Source: Monocercomonoides exilis PA203 (lineage: Eukaryota; Protista; Preaxostyla). Taken from it: a stretch of DNA of 64,000 nt. The notes beneath the pieces were generated by a model. That model had not been told where the DNA came from and ran no database searches. It saw only the letters and a list, made by a program, of their open reading frames with translations. Both the position numbers and the translations under genes were made by a program. How positions within the stretch are numbered: the stretch's first letter is position 1; the number at the start of each line of letters is the position of its first letter. Below are positions 23,593 through 37,439 of the stretch, one piece after another. The stretch spans positions 310,001-374,000 of the forward strand of contig LSRY02000031.1 in NCBI GenBank assembly GCA_001643675.2, read 5' to 3'.

Positions 23593-24789
23593 TATTCGAA
23601 ATAGATAAAATTCTTACAAAATTATGGGGAAAATGAAATTTCATCACTGAACAATCATTCAAACCTTCCCGCTGAACACTAATAATGAAACACATCATCC
23701 GTATTTGTTAAAATCTTCTTGAAAAGATATCATATTGAGAGACTCTCCAAAAAAAAATGATCAGTTGAACAAAAAGTTAAATAAAAATTCAACAAATATT
23801 TCTTTTGTAAAGTTGATTGAGTTTAGCTCACCAGACTCATTCTTTTCTGACAAATTGAAAATAAAGACAAATTAGTTAATTAATATTGAGGTGCATCCAA
23901 AAATTCGAATGTTCAAAAATGGTTAAAACACGTTGATCGAATTTTCTGATTATTCGTAACGCATGTCAGTCTAACGAATAAAGCAATACTCAAATGTGAA
24001 AAACATGGATAGTTTTCCTTGTGAGTTAAGGTCTATTCAATTGGTTTTAAACTTTCAGAAGCTTATTCGAAATTATATTGTTTTTTCACATTATTTTTCC
24101 CCTTATGTCCTTTTTTGCCATAAGAAATGGATATTTTCACAGGCTCCTGGTCATCTTCATGTGCTGCAAAGGAGAATGTGTAATTACAAAGTTCCAAAAT
24201 TCCATTTCAAGAATCAGCTTATAATTGGAAAAAGTCGATGAATTAGGATCAGCGAAAATGTTCAATGCAAATCATGTGAAATTGTGGTATAAATGTTTCA
24301 ATTTCTCACAGGCCTCAAAATGATGTGTGATTCATGAGGTTCCGTTTTTGAAGATCAGAACTTTGAAAACTTTTGTCAGAGAAGAGATGATGAGAAGAAG
24401 AACAAGAGTTGACAATGAAATGAGTTGAAAGATGAAACTGTCATTGATTAAGTACAGCAACATTTCTGTTCATTCGAATGCTCCTAAGAGAGGATGGCTG
24501 ATTTCTCTGGATACATCGATTTTTTTGAATAACTGCTCATTCTCAGGTTGTTGTTGATACACAAAAAGGAAAATAGCTTTGTTACTGCTATTCTGCTCTT
24601 TCGCTGGAGTGTGAACAAATCTGTTTGTTGGAAGTGTTCATTTCTTCACTTCTCATTTTCAAGATGATGCTTCAAGATTAAAAGAATTGTTTGTGCAGAA
24701 TAATTCGCTTGTCCATAAAAAACATTCAGCAATAATAACAAAAGAGCTTCAATTTTTAATTCTTCGTTTGTGAATTGTCGATCTTGGCT

Positions 24790-25560
24790 GGAAATGTGAC
24801 GATTGAGAAAGGATAATTCTTTTACCACAATCCATTTTTTCTTTATATTCTTCACTCCGGATAATATCATCTTCTTCGATTCTGCTTCGCTGACAATTTC
24901 GAGCTTGAAGGGAGGAGATGTGGTGAAAGATAATTCTTCGCTGTGGATTCTGGATGATGGATGCAGCCTGGAAGGGATGGCAGGAGAAAGGGAATCGCCC
25001 TTCTTCGTTCCCAAGCTGGAAGAGGCTTTAGCCAATGAAAATGGAGGTGGGATTGAAATATAATACAAGATAGCGCTTCTTCTTCCATGTGATTCGTCAT
25101 TCCGACTGATTTTGTCATCTGGAGATTCAGACCTGATTGAGGCATATAACTTTGAGGATGATGGTTTTGCGAGTGAAACGGAAGCAGTTGGGATGGTGTT
25201 TTCGAAAAATCGCTCTTTGATCCAGAATGAAACAGAGGTTTCTGTGATGATTGTGTATGCGAAGCGATTGTCTGTAACTGATTTATTTATTCTGAGGAGC
25301 AAAAGTAAGTTGAAAGCAAATGAAGAGGAAAGGATTGTTGAAGGAGGAAAAGAAGGGAAATCGTATTTGTCGTTGATTGTTTGCATTGAGGTTGTTGTAT
25401 CACTGCTTGTAGTCATTGTTGTTCTGGCTGTTTGAGGAAGAAGGAAAAGAATGAAGCCGAAGATTAGAAAGATATTGCGAATGATAACAGCAGAAAGGAT
25501 CCTAAGGAGTTTGGGATGGTGAAGATGGAGATTTCTTCTGACGCTCAGTGGATGAAAGCA
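24790..25560 (+). pseudogene. Captured fragment of the receptor-pseudokinase family (membrane-proximal ectodomain, TM, juxtamembrane) inside T1
   Basis: SASLTISSLKGGDVVKDNSSLWILDDGC...FFVPKLE...LLPCD...VEGGKEGKSYL...VLAV*...RKDPKEFGMVKMEIS matches the gene at 4550-5330 (SASLAISSLKGGDGVKDNSSLWILNEGC...VEGGKEGKSYLL...RKDPKLIEMVTMEMS). It contains stops and frameshifts. Confidence 0.9.
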
Positions 25561-26308
25561 GATTCTGATTCATTAAAGAAGAATCAAGTGTAGCTTTTTG
25601 AATAATAATCTGATGAAATAATTGATTCATAAGCCGTAAATATAGAAAGTCGATATCGAAAGCTGCATCTACAAATGTATTCAGCTTTTCGCTTCAGTAC
25701 TACGGAAAATATCAGTGATAAATCGCTCCATGAACATCAAAAGAAGCTAATTTTTATATTAGATTTTTAATTACGTGATGATCACATTTTTTGTTAATGA
25801 GAAAAAACAGGATATAAAAACGAGAACATAATTATTTTTTCATTCATTTCACGTTATTTCTATCAAATAAAACCTTCTTTTAACACATCTCTAATTTTGT
25901 TTGAGAATATTGAGAAATCATAATTAATTTGAATTTTTCAGTTTTTTTGTTGATAAAGTGAAAGATAAAACGTAAAAATGATATAATTAGTGCTCTTTTA
26001 TTTTTTAAAAAAACATTATTTAAGTGAATCGCACTTTATTCAAGTGTCAAATCAACCATTTGAAATAGCATTACTTCATTTTTTAAAATAACTCAGTTCA
26101 TTCAAATAAATTGAATTAATTCAAATGAAAAAAATCTATTCACAATTCATCTAATAAACCAGGAAAAAAATAATTTGTGACTTTTTCATTATAATTAAAC
26201 TTTTCTTTTTTTACTCTTTTATGAAATCTCAAATAACTCAATATTGCGTTTTAGCCTGGGTGACGTAAAGAAAAATAATCGTCACGTCCGTCACCAGTTT
26301 TCCACTTA

Positions 26309-26309
<1 letters not shown>

Positions 26310-26358
<49 letters not shown>
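26310..26358. repeat. poly(A) run of ~49 nt
   Basis: Seen directly. Confidence 0.95.
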
Positions 26359-26361
<3 letters not shown>

Positions 26362-26759
26362 CTTTTTGTGAAAAAACATTTTGTTTATTATGGCATGTAA
26401 AACTTTGTCTTCAAAAGAATTTTGAATTTCACAAAAATCCCATTACAACGTAAATTTTTAAAAAATGAAACAGTGTATTGAATTAATAGTTGTGAAAAAA
26501 TGCATGTATATGAAAGAATTGTGTGGGAACAGGTTAGTGTTAGGCTTTTTTGTGTTTACAGTATTACTCGATTTATTTAGTGAAAGAATATACTAATTCT
26601 CTTTTTAAATAAAAATGGCAAAGAATACTCAATAAAATTTACCAACTTAAAGATTGGAATTGAACAATAAGGAAAAAATACATAGGTTTTAATTATTATT
26701 TCAGTAGAAATCATGATAATTGAATTCGTTTTTTTTTTTTTTTTGAATATCAGAATTAT

Positions 26760-28095
26760 TTTGTAAACTTGTGATTGCATTGAGGAAGGGAAGAAACGAA
26801 AAAATCGAAGAAATGAATGAACTAATGAAAGATATGAATATCTTCAATATATACTCTATTATCACTGCTGAACCATCGAAAAAAATATGAAAGATGAACG
26901 AAGAAATGATAATATCGATTGTGAATATCTTTCTATTGTTGGAGCAATTGAGATATTGCAATAAGCTGAAAAGAATTATCACTCGAGGTTTTCAAAAATT
27001 TTTTTGAGTTCAAGATTTGAAAGTTTGATAATTGATGAAAACGATAAGAAAGAAGGAAAGAACGAAAAACTGCTGATTAATCTTTGTGGATGCTGTATTT
27101 TTTTAATTATGACTTTATCAGAATTACAATCGATTTGTGTGCCATGCCTTCTGAACGCTGTATCGAGGAAAGAGGAAAACGAGAAAACATTAAAAGAGGT
27201 GGAAATGGCTTTGCAGGCTTTGAGTAACATTAGTCGATTTGTAGCATGAACATATCTGAATCATTTTTGGCATTATTGATTTTCTTCTTCTTTTTTGATT
27301 GGAAAATAGAAAAAAAACATTATTTGAATGAGATCAAAGAGATTATTTAATATCATCAGGAGCATCACAATTTTTCACGACTTGCCTATCAGTATGTTGG
27401 TCGTTTTTGATTTCCAGATTGGGCAATAACAAAAACAAGGAGAGAGAGATTGTGAACGAACTGCCTTTTATAAACGAAGCAAAGACGAGAACTGGGAGAA
27501 TTATTGATGCGCGTGGATTGGGAGAGAAAAAAAGATGAGGAAAAAGGAGAGGAAGCGAAAGAAGTACTAATAATCAGGAGATGGTTATATGCAATTATTT
27601 AATTCTTGCCCTGGTGCAAATTTTGGAATGAAGAATACGTTTAACTTATCAACAGCATCGTTCAGGTGCATCGAGCATCAAAGAAAAATTACCCAGACTT
27701 TGTCGGCGGATGCCTCAAATCTATGAAAGGAACCATAAAACAGGACTGTGAAAATTGGTGCTTTTTAGAAAAAAGGAGCTGTTTATGCTGTTGAGGAGGA
27801 AATTCAGAGGCAAACATTGAATTGAAGGATTACATGAGAAAGCTTGGAAATCTTTCAAATAATTACAACGAGATTGAAAGAAGAGGAGAAAGAAGAAATG
27901 GAAGAAGCGAAAAGAAAGAGATTGAAAGGACGATTATTCGAAAGGATGGAAAAAAATGGATGTGAAGATGTCATTTCAAGCAAATGTGAAATGTTTGATT
28001 TTCTAGACAGAAATTTTTATACTGAAATGTTGTTAGTGGTTTCTGATTATTATGTGAATACCAAAAAAAGGAGAAAGATAAATTTTTATTCATGA
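26760..28095 (+). pseudogene. Decayed copy of an acidic helical-repeat protein family abundant in Monocercomonoides-like genomes
   Basis: KIEEMNELMKDM...RFESLIIDENDKKEGKNEKLLINLCGCC...SICVPCLLNAVSRKEENEKTLKEVEMALQALSNI...RLKEEEKEEMEEAKRKRLKGRLFERMEKNGCEDVI, with many stops and frameshifts. The family assignment is from recall. Confidence 0.7.
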
Positions 28096-28528
28096 AAATT
28101 ATTGCATTTATCACAATTTCACGGGGAAAAAAACATTAACAGAAATCAGATTCTATTCTTGAACAAAATTATTTCACTTCACTTCATTTCGATAGAATGA
28201 ATAAACAAAAACAATTAAAAAAAGACACATCCATCAATTCTTTTCATTTTTACTTTGAAAATTAACTATGAATAGCTTATTTGAACACAATATTCTTTTA
28301 ATTATTTGAAAGAATCTTGGTCTCTCGTTTCTCCGAGCTGTATCTCCTCCGCTTCTTGTCGCTATGTATTTATCTGGTCTCTTCATTAACTGCTTTAACC
28401 GCGAATTCCAAACAATTTCAGCCAAGAGAAACGGATGATGAGTAAATGCTGACCATTTGAAATTAAATAATACGAGAAGCAATAAAGGTTCACAAAAATT
28501 GAAAAGCTTGTTCTTCAATTGCAGAAGA

Positions 28529-28664
<136 letters not shown>

Positions 28665-31114
28665 TTGATGTGAATTCGAATTGCTCGTTAAAACAAACAA
28701 CAGGCTTATTCAATTAAAACATTACAAACCTCAACGATTAATAGCATTCAGATTTTTTGTGTATATTTGCTCTTATTTTTTCTTGTTTATTTTTGGGTTA
28801 TCCATTGTGAATAAGCAGTTGCGCCAATCCTTTTACAGAATAAATTTTCATCAATAATCCAGTGGGAGATTCAAAATGTTTCTAAAGTTTCAGCATATTC
28901 TTGAAAGATGTTTGATCCTCAAAAACGGTTTTTGAAGCTTTTCTCATTTCGATTAATAATGAATAAGACATTGATTCTTGATAAATATTTAAAAAATCAA
29001 AACCTGGTATATTCCAGTTCAAATATTTGTGCAATTGTGATAAACTTCAATTGTTGTTGTTATAGGTTTGCATTTTTTGGAGTTATTATATATTCTTCCA
29101 TCAAAATAGTTGCATTATGAAAAGCAAAGCAAAAATCTATGGTTGCATCATTGACAAAAATGGAATCACATGATTCTTTTGATTTGTTTTGTTTTATTTA
29201 TTCTTCTTCCACATTTTTTGATTTTTTTTGCAAAACTGACTTGAAGTGGAGCCAGGAGTCACTGACGTTAGTGACAGTCAAAATTCCGTTCACCGCATTC
29301 ACGGCAGTGAAAAATGAATTATGGAAGATTTGATAATAACATTTTTCTGTATTTTTCTGATTTAAAAATAAAATGAATTGAGCTATATTTTGAAAATAAA
29401 TTATTCTGGAATGATAATTCGATATAATGGTTTTGATTTGTGACGTGGAATTTTTTGTTACGTCCGTCAAAAATAAAAAATGTTACGTCAGAAGTCACCA
29501 CGTCACCCAGGGTTCATTGTGTTTGTAAAAGGCTTGAAAATACTTCGTTTTTTTAATTTCATTGAAATGCCTGAAAAAGAAAATTTAAACGCAATATCCG
29601 TGTCACCATTGGCGATAAAACCGGAACCTTTCGTGAAACTCGTACATTTTTTTGTTACTGTATATTGATTATATTTTTCATTTAATGGATTTTTTTTTGA
29701 AGCTCTCCTTTGTTAAACAATAAATTTAAAAAACCATTGCATGTTTGTAATCAAACGGTTTCAAAACCGATGAAATGATAGAAAAACCATTGAAAGATAT
29801 TGAAAACCAGAATAAAATATTTCTTTGCACATGTTTTACACTTCTGAACAACAATAAAGATATTGTCATCAGCTAATTGAACAAATTATGAATCACTTTT
29901 CATTTCATTATACATTTTTTTCTTCTTGCATTTTCTTTTTCAAAAAGTTGTTTTCACGAGCCTCCTTTTCTTTTAGAGTCATTGTTGGAGATAAGCATCT
30001 TATCATCGTGGAAATATGTCAAACGCTTGAAGCTGTCAAATGTTTTGCTTTTCACTTGGTTTTGGTGATTGATTCTTTAAATTCCTCTTTTTCAAATGTA
30101 TCTTTATAATCTTTAAGAATATCAAGCTTACTTCTTTTTTCTGATTTTTTCATATCAGAAATAGAATCTTCCTAATTCACAATTGTCACTTTCTTTTTAT
30201 TCATAACGTTCAAATTTTCATCCTCATCATTCTTCAAATCTCTTGCATCTTCCAATTGCTTCTTTTTTTGTGCTTCGCGATTGCAAAAATCATCCAGCTC
30301 TCTTTATAAATCCTCAGTGTTACAAAGTCTACTTGGTTGTGTTATTGCAGATTTTTCATTAAAATACGTTTTTTAATCCATTTGAGTGAAAATATTGACA
30401 TACTGGCTTTATATGCACAAAACATGAAAAAAATGATTCATTCATAACTTTTCCAATCATTCTCAGATCTCCAAATAATTTGAATTTTCATATCTGCAAA
30501 TTTCCTTCATAAATGTTATTACAAAAAGTTTTGTGACATTCCATGACTGTCAAGAAAGGAACCCATTTTTCTTGAATATTTTGATCCAGAAAGCTTATCA
30601 AAAGTTCAAAATTTTTCAACGAAAATGCCTGAAGGAAAAATACTTTGCCCCATTTCATCAATAATAATAATTCAAACAATCGTTTTTGATGTGTAAAAAA
30701 GTGATTATTTTATTTTGACACTTACACTTTTTTATAATAATTAACAAAAAAAAAGAACATTAACCTGAAACCTAATCTATCGATTCGAGAGAAAACCCTA
30801 AAGCAGAACGAAATCCAATAAGTTCGTTTTCACGTATTCTATTCCTAAAAAATAACAGAGCAAACAAAAAAGAACTTCATATTTCTAAAACTCACATGCT
30901 TTGAATAAAAAAATTTTTTCAAACAAATCAATTTGAACAAAACTGTAAAATTTCCAAAAAATAATAAATTTTTCAAAAAAAAATTTGTTGAAAGTTTTAT
31001 CATAGCTATAATATTTTTGAAAAAAATTCTTTTTCAAATTGGAATTATTAATTAGTTTTATTAATTATGTTCCAAATAATTTTTGCTTATATATATATAT
31101 ATATATATATATTT

Positions 31115-31224
31115 TAAATTTTCTGTATTATTTTGCATGGGAGCGTAAGAATTATCATGATATAATTGCAGGAAAAGTTTGGAACAAATCTCTGTTTTTT
31201 TCATAAAATAAAAAATTTCGTCCC
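31115..31224. mobile_element. Right half of the GGGAC-type MITE (homologous to 50495-50604)
   Basis: ...GGAACAAATCTC.GTTTTTT...AAAAATTTCGTCCC|ATAT, matching the right end at 50495-50608. The left part is lost at the (TA)n run 31088-31112. Confidence 0.6.
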
Positions 31225-31789
31225 ATATATAAAAGATGTGTGACAAAAACGAAAAATTCACCTCAAACAGGTTTTTCAATATTATTTTAAATCATTAGAT
31301 GAAATTTGAATAAACTCCTTCAATACAAATAAATTGGCTTAATTCAAATAAAGTGGGTTTATTTTAAATGAAGTTGGTTCGTTTTAAATGAAGCATGTTT
31401 ATTCAAATTAACGCTGAAATCCATCATGTTAAAGTTTTGATAAATTTTATTTCATCTTTCAAAATTACTAATTGGCTCATTTGGTGTTGTTTCTTAAAGT
31501 CTATAGAATTCAATTTTTTCAACGGTTTTGATCTTTTTGATATTAATTGGAAATGAAACAAAATCACAACAAAATGAGCTTCAAAGACAAAAAAAAAAGA
31601 AAAATTTCGTGAGTTGAAAGTTTGTTTCGTTTCTATTTTTATGTTTATTTAAAAAAAAAACACAGAAGAACGATTTTTATTTGGATAAAAATGTTATGAG
31701 GAAAAGTGAAATGCTCTGAACAATTTCAATGTCTAATACACAAATAACTGCAAAAGTGTACGAAATGAAGCGTGGAAGCTGACAAACTT

Positions 31790-33060
31790 GATTTTCTTTT
31801 TTCTTCTTCCTCTCCTTCCCCCTCTTCTCCACCCTAAACAATCTCCTCCGACATGCCCACTCCCCAATCCCTGCCTCCTTCTCCATCTCCCACTCCTCTT
31901 TCTCCTCCTTCATCTCCCTCATCCAGCCTTTCCTTTTTTCCCCTTCCTCATCCTCTTCTTCTTCCTTTCTTCATCACCAAGTTTCCCTCAATCTCCATCT
32001 CTCGAGTACCATCTTTACAAACATCACCACTACACCACAACATCACACCATTCCTGCCAATCACGCACGCGCACACAACTCATTCACCACCACCATCACA
32101 AACACAAACACAAACATCTCCTTCTCCATTCATTCCACTCTCTCCATCCACTCAACCATCTTCCTCCACGCCCACAACCCCGTCGGTGGAGCCATCCTCC
32201 CAAACCTCAACAGCCCATCCACTTCTCTCTCTGCCTTCAATGCTTCTTTCCTCCACCAAACACGTTCTTCACCAAATGCTCCAGTGGTGCATGTTGGAAA
32301 TGAATCTCAAAGAAAGAAACAAAGCAGAATGTCTGAATTTGATGAGAACAACCATCGCTTCGAATGGTGCGAATGGAATGATTCAAATGGTGGAAGCGAT
32401 TGGGGTGGAGCGCTCAAAGTCAATTGCACAAATGCAAATCTCACGATCACTTCTTGCTTGTATAGCAAATGCTCAACAACAAAACATGGTGGAGCGTTCT
32501 ATTGCGATTATTTGTTAAAAGTTGATATCGCAAAATCCAATTTCACAAGCTGTTCAGCTGCTCATGCAGGAGCTGCTTATTTGTATTGCAATCAACCTAA
32601 TTCTGTTTGGACATTCTCAGAAAACAGAGTGGAAAGTTGTTCAATAACAAACTATTACGGAACTGGTTAGTACTTTTTCCTCTATTACATACCATCAGAT
32701 GCAAAATTCCTATTCAAAAGTTGCGTCTGCATTGCAAATACTGGTGGCGATGCGGCTGGTGCAATCACGTTTCATTTCCCTCCGCCAGTTATACCTCCTC
32801 AATATTTTCTCCAAGAGTTCCAGTTCATCAACAACAAAGTCGAAAATCCATTCACCTTCGGTGGTGCTGCCCTGTGTTACACAAGAATATTTGATTGGAC
32901 GAACGTAATTAAATTCATCACATTTTGTTTCTTCGATAACAACAACGCTTCTATTTGCAGATGGAATGATGTGTTTTTCAATGGAAGCATAATCACACAA
33001 TCCCCATTTGATAATTGTATATCATCAATTTAAACAAAAATAATTAGAAATATCGGAACT
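31790..33060 (+). pseudogene. P1 cargo 1: S/T/P-rich stretch plus Pmp-like beta-helix module
   Basis: RFEWCEWNDSNGGSDWGGALKVNCTNANLTITSCLYSKC..HGGAFYC...FQFINNKV...GGAALCY...FITFCFFDNNNA, with a stop and frameshifts. Same motif grammar as 9809-10459. Confidence 0.75.
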
Positions 33061-33289
33061 TCTGGATAAGAAATTATCAACGTTTGCTCCGTTTCGTCTC
33101 TTCTCCCTTTTTTCCTACAAATAAATTCCATATACCATTTTTCCACACTCTTTTCTTCCTTTTCTTCTTCACATTCTCTTCCTATTCCTACCGTTTATCC
33201 TCTGCATTTTTAAATCTTTTTTTGATGATGATGAATTTGCGCATCCACTCCTCTCCTGGTTCTCATAAATCCATCTCATTATTTCCTCT

Positions 33290-34400
33290 TTTTGCTTTTG
33301 TCCTTTATATTCCTTAAAAATAAACTTCATGCCTCCATTAAATTTCTCTTCTTCTTCCTCCTCTTCTTCCTTCTCCAAATCAATCGAACTTCCCTCTCTT
33401 CCTTGCTTCTCATTCATCCCCAAATCATTCGTACACATTTCCACCTGTTCCACATCTTTTCTCACCCACTCTGAACTTCCATCTGAAGTTATTCCTGAAA
33501 ACCCATCTGCTGCTTCTTCTTCTGCTCTCCTGTTCTCCTGTTGGATTCCATCGGATGGAGAAGAATCACACACTTCACTTTATGCTTATAACTGTTTGTC
33601 TGCCTCAGCCTCCGTTCCCGCCTTCACAAACCTCAGCCCACTCAGCCTAAGCGCCTCCACAACAAGCAGCGCTATCGCTTCTTCCAGTTTCCCCTGGTTC
33701 TCTTTGATTCTCTCCACAAACTCTCTGCGCGCTGTCGGATACCCACCTTTCTCCTCATTCCCATCACCTTCCTCTGCCTCTTCCCGCTCATCAAACACTG
33801 CCTGCACAAACACTGCACGAGATTGAACAATATCCTCAATCCTCATCTCCTCTGCAACAAGAGCTTTCACCATACTTTTCTCTTTCGCCTTTCACACTTC
33901 AACCTCTCGCTCAATTATTTCATCGTCCAGCTTCACCTCAAAATATTTCAGCTGAGAAGATAACGATGCCTGCCCCGATGGGTCAAATAGATCGTTGATC
34001 GACTGGTACGCATTCACATCTGCCGCTGCAAAGATCCGCTTTCTTCACCAACTTCGTAACCATCGAAGATGGAAGCGACGGAAGCGGCTCCACTTGCAGA
34101 ACCGAAAGCATAGCTAAAAGCGCCACATCTCACTCACACACAACACCCCCATACAACACCGCCCTCTGCTCAACAACATATCTCCGCAACGTCTTCGGTG
34201 TATGGGGTGACAGCGGCATATACCGCACTACACCCCAGCCGCCTCTCGATGCAGTCCATCGCTGCTGCCGACGTGTATGACGCAGCCACCGCTGACGCAT
34301 CCGAATGGTTAATCGCAGGCGCTGATGATGGCAGATCATCCCCTGCCGCCTTCTTCTCTTCACTTCTCCGATTCCGGAATGGAAAAGTTGATCGGCGTGC
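33290..34400 (-). pseudogene. P1 cargo 2: GC-richer fragment of an unidentified acidic/helical host gene
   Basis: KRIFAAADVNAYQSINDLF...MVKALVAEEMRIEDIVQSRAVF...REFVERIKENQGKLEEAIALLVVEALRLSGLRFVK; homologous to 37440-38630. Confidence 0.55.
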
Positions 34401-36349
34401 TGCTCCAGATCAGAATGAAGAAATATATTAGGAAGATGGGATTTGATCTGGAAGAAACAAAAGTGGAAGAAGAAGAATGAAGAGAAGATGAAAATGAGCC
34501 ATTGCTTTCTACGGTACGTGAGAAGCAGTTTTTCATAGAAGGTGAAAGAATGTGTTTTCGAGTGTTTCTGAGTTGAATCCCCACCAGCAATAAGTGAGGA
34601 TGAGAAGGCGGGAACAGATCATTGCAGTTCGAAGGATATGAAGAAGAAAAAAATGTTATGATGAAATTATTTGATATTTGGAATAATGAAGGTTGTCGAT
34701 AACAACTGTATCGATTCTCGTTGAAATCTATCTTTGTCTGATTTAAACTTCATTGGTCGTATATTCTTCTGGCAAGCAGTAATTGCTGGATCCTTCAAAC
34801 ATTCAACTTGCCCCTTCACCTCTTTCCAACAAAAAAGGAAACATATGGTAAACCACATTTCTGATTCTTCCAACTCTCATTTTCCTCTATGATTTCCTTT
34901 GTTTATATTAAAAATATCTTTCAACTTAAGCATTTCCTCAACTAGAACTAAGGTCAAGCGTTTTATAATGTTATATTCACGCTCAATTTATGTATATACA
35001 CCTTTTCTCATCCGTCTTTCTTTTTTTTGATATGTTCTTTCCTCCTTATTCTTCATCTCGCTGAAAATGGATTTCTTCTTCATCTGAAAATCAGTCGTCA
35101 TATTTCAATTCTGTTGCTCTTTTGTCAAGTTCCATATTATCATTTCATAAGCCTAAATAAAAATATGAATATTCAAATGCGTATAACAACACATTCAACA
35201 TTATTCAGGAAAACAAACATTCAACACAACTTGCAAACATTAATTCTGATTCAAGTATGAACGTTTAAAGGATAATTCTTCATTATTGCTCTACGAATAT
35301 GAATTTGAACTATTTGTCTTTATTTCTCCTTCCATCAACAATTTACGACACAAAAGTTATGATCCACCGCTTTCAAAGAACTTGATTGCTCCTAGGATTT
35401 CTCTTTCATAAGATCTGTTGTCTTGTAAACCAAATATCGAATATCTGTATTTTCAAATTTCCATATTTTTTTTATTTTCGTTTTCTTCAATTTTGCTTTA
35501 TCAAGAAACGTCAAAAATTGTTATTGATTTATGTATTTATAATGTTTTGCATGTGTGGAATTTCTTTTATTTGCATCCAAACCAATGTGTTCATTTTTTT
35601 GAATTTCAGAAAAATGAAATCATATTTTCACTTTTTCACAAGAGAGAAAAACACATAAAAATAATTTTTATCGAACATCTGAATTATAATGTTCATTATT
35701 CTGTTCTTAATGAAATCATGATTTTTCAGAAACTCAAATGAAGTTTGGAATTTCTAAATGAAGTAGATGAAATTTGAATAAACTCCTTCAATACAAATAA
35801 ATTGGCTTAATTCAAATAAAGTGGGTTTATTTTAAATGAAGTTGGTTCGTTTTAAATGAAGCATGTTTATTCAAATTAACGCTGAAATTCATCATGAAAA
35901 AATTTTGATTAATTATGTTTCATCGTTCTTAATAACTAATTGGTACATTTGGTGTTGTTTTTTTTAAGTAAAAATAATCCAGTTTTTCACTACGTTTTTG
36001 ATCGCTTTGATATTAATTGGAATTGAGACAAAATGACAACAAGATGAGCTTCAAAGACAAAATAAATAAAATTTTAGTGAGTTAAAGATTTGTTTCATTT
36101 CTATTTTTATGTTTATTTAAAAAAAAAAAACACAGATGATACGATTTTTATTTGGATAAAAATGTTAAGAGGAAAAGTGAAATGCTCCGAACAGTTTCAT
36201 TTTATAAAACACAAATAACTGCAAAAATGCACTTAATGCAATGTGGAAGCTGACAAACTTGATTTTCTTTTTTCTTCTTCTTCTGTTTCCTCTAATTTCC
36301 ATCCTTTTTGCAATATTTTCTTTCTCTTCCTCCAGATTCGTTCATTCCT

Positions 36350-37240
36350 TCCCACTCTAAACAGCCTCCACTTCTCTCTAATTTTCAACACTTCTTTCCT
36401 TCATCAAACACGCTCTTCCACAAATGCTCCTGTTGAGTATATTGGAAATGAAACTGATAGAAAGAAACCTGGAAGACTGACTTCACTTAATGTTAACAGC
36501 TATAGATTTGAGTTATGCGAATGGAATGATTCAAATAGCGGAAGTGCCTGGGGAGGTGCACTTTAGTCAACTGCACAAATGCCAATCTCACAATCACTTC
36601 TTGCTCATTCAACAAATGTACATCAAGCAATGATGAAGGAGGAGCTTTGTTTTGTGAAAATTTATTGCAAGTCAGTATCGCAAAATCTCATTTCACAAGT
36701 TGTCAAGCAAAGCATGGAGGAGCAACTTGTATAGCTTATTTTCTATCCAGTTCTGTCTGGAAATTCTCAGATAACAGAGTGGAATATTGTTAAATAACTA
36801 ACTGGTGTGGAACCGGTTGGTTTTTTTGACTCAAAAAAATGACCTCAACTTACCAATTTTTGTTCACCAAATGCAAGTGCATCTCAGATACCAGTGGCGA
36901 TTCTGCAGATTCTTTAACATTTTATGATCCTCCAGGAAACAAACCAAGTCAATTTCTGGTTTATGACTGCCAGTTTATAAACAACAAATTGACAAATTCG
37001 TCATCTTCATTAGGAGGTGCTGCAATGTTTTACAGAGACACATATTCTTGGATGAGTGGAGGTAAATTCATCACTTTCTGCTTCTTCGATGGCAACACTG
37101 CAACTGATGGAAGAGGAAACGTTGTTTTCTTGAGAAACAATGCCATAACCCAATATCCATTCCAGCAATGTGGTTCAACAACTCCAACACTAAGGTTGTA
37201 GAACAGCAACACAGCTGATAATGCCGAGTGCAACATTTGA
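36350..37240 (+). pseudogene. P2 cargo 1: diverged Pmp-like beta-helix module
   Basis: YRFELCEWNDSNSGSAWGGAL*/VNCTNANLTITSCSFNKC..DEGGALFC...CQFINNKL...LGGAAMFY...KFITFCFFDGNTATDGRGN. Confidence 0.75.
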
Positions 37241-37439
37241 CTTCCTATCATCTTATCTCCTTTTTTTTCAAATGGAAGTTCATGAGAAATTTCATCTCTT
37301 CATTCTCTTCATTCTCTTCCTCACCCTCTCTTCCTATTCCTTCCGCTTCGACTATGTTTGTGAAAATATACCTTTTTAATGTGAATCTGAATCTACAGCT
37401 TCCGTGTCCACTTCTCCAAAACCTCATATATTATTTCCT

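Larger units (their letters stand above)
20953..26152 (-). mobile_element. Element T1: PHIS-superfamily (PIF/Harbinger-related) DNA transposon, 5.2 kb, with transposase and captured host-gene fragment
   Basis: TIR AGATGAATTTTGAATAGATTTTTT ... AAAAAATCTATTCACAATTCATCT. TSD AAT at 20950-20952 and 26153-26155. Subterminal ~20-bp palindromic repeats. An inverted copy lies at 45014-50465. Confidence 0.88.

Noticed and set aside
20952-26153. Reading the ends as TAG...CTA (hAT, 8-bp TSD) or as a TA duplication (Tc1/mariner)
   Set aside because: No 8-bp duplication is present, the nested P2 site shows a 3-bp AGT duplication, and the transposase is DDE_Tnp_4.
29900-30381. K/E-rich minus-strand coding-like stretch (MDLKTYFNEKS...)
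   Set aside because: Several stops and no recognisable family; too weak to call.
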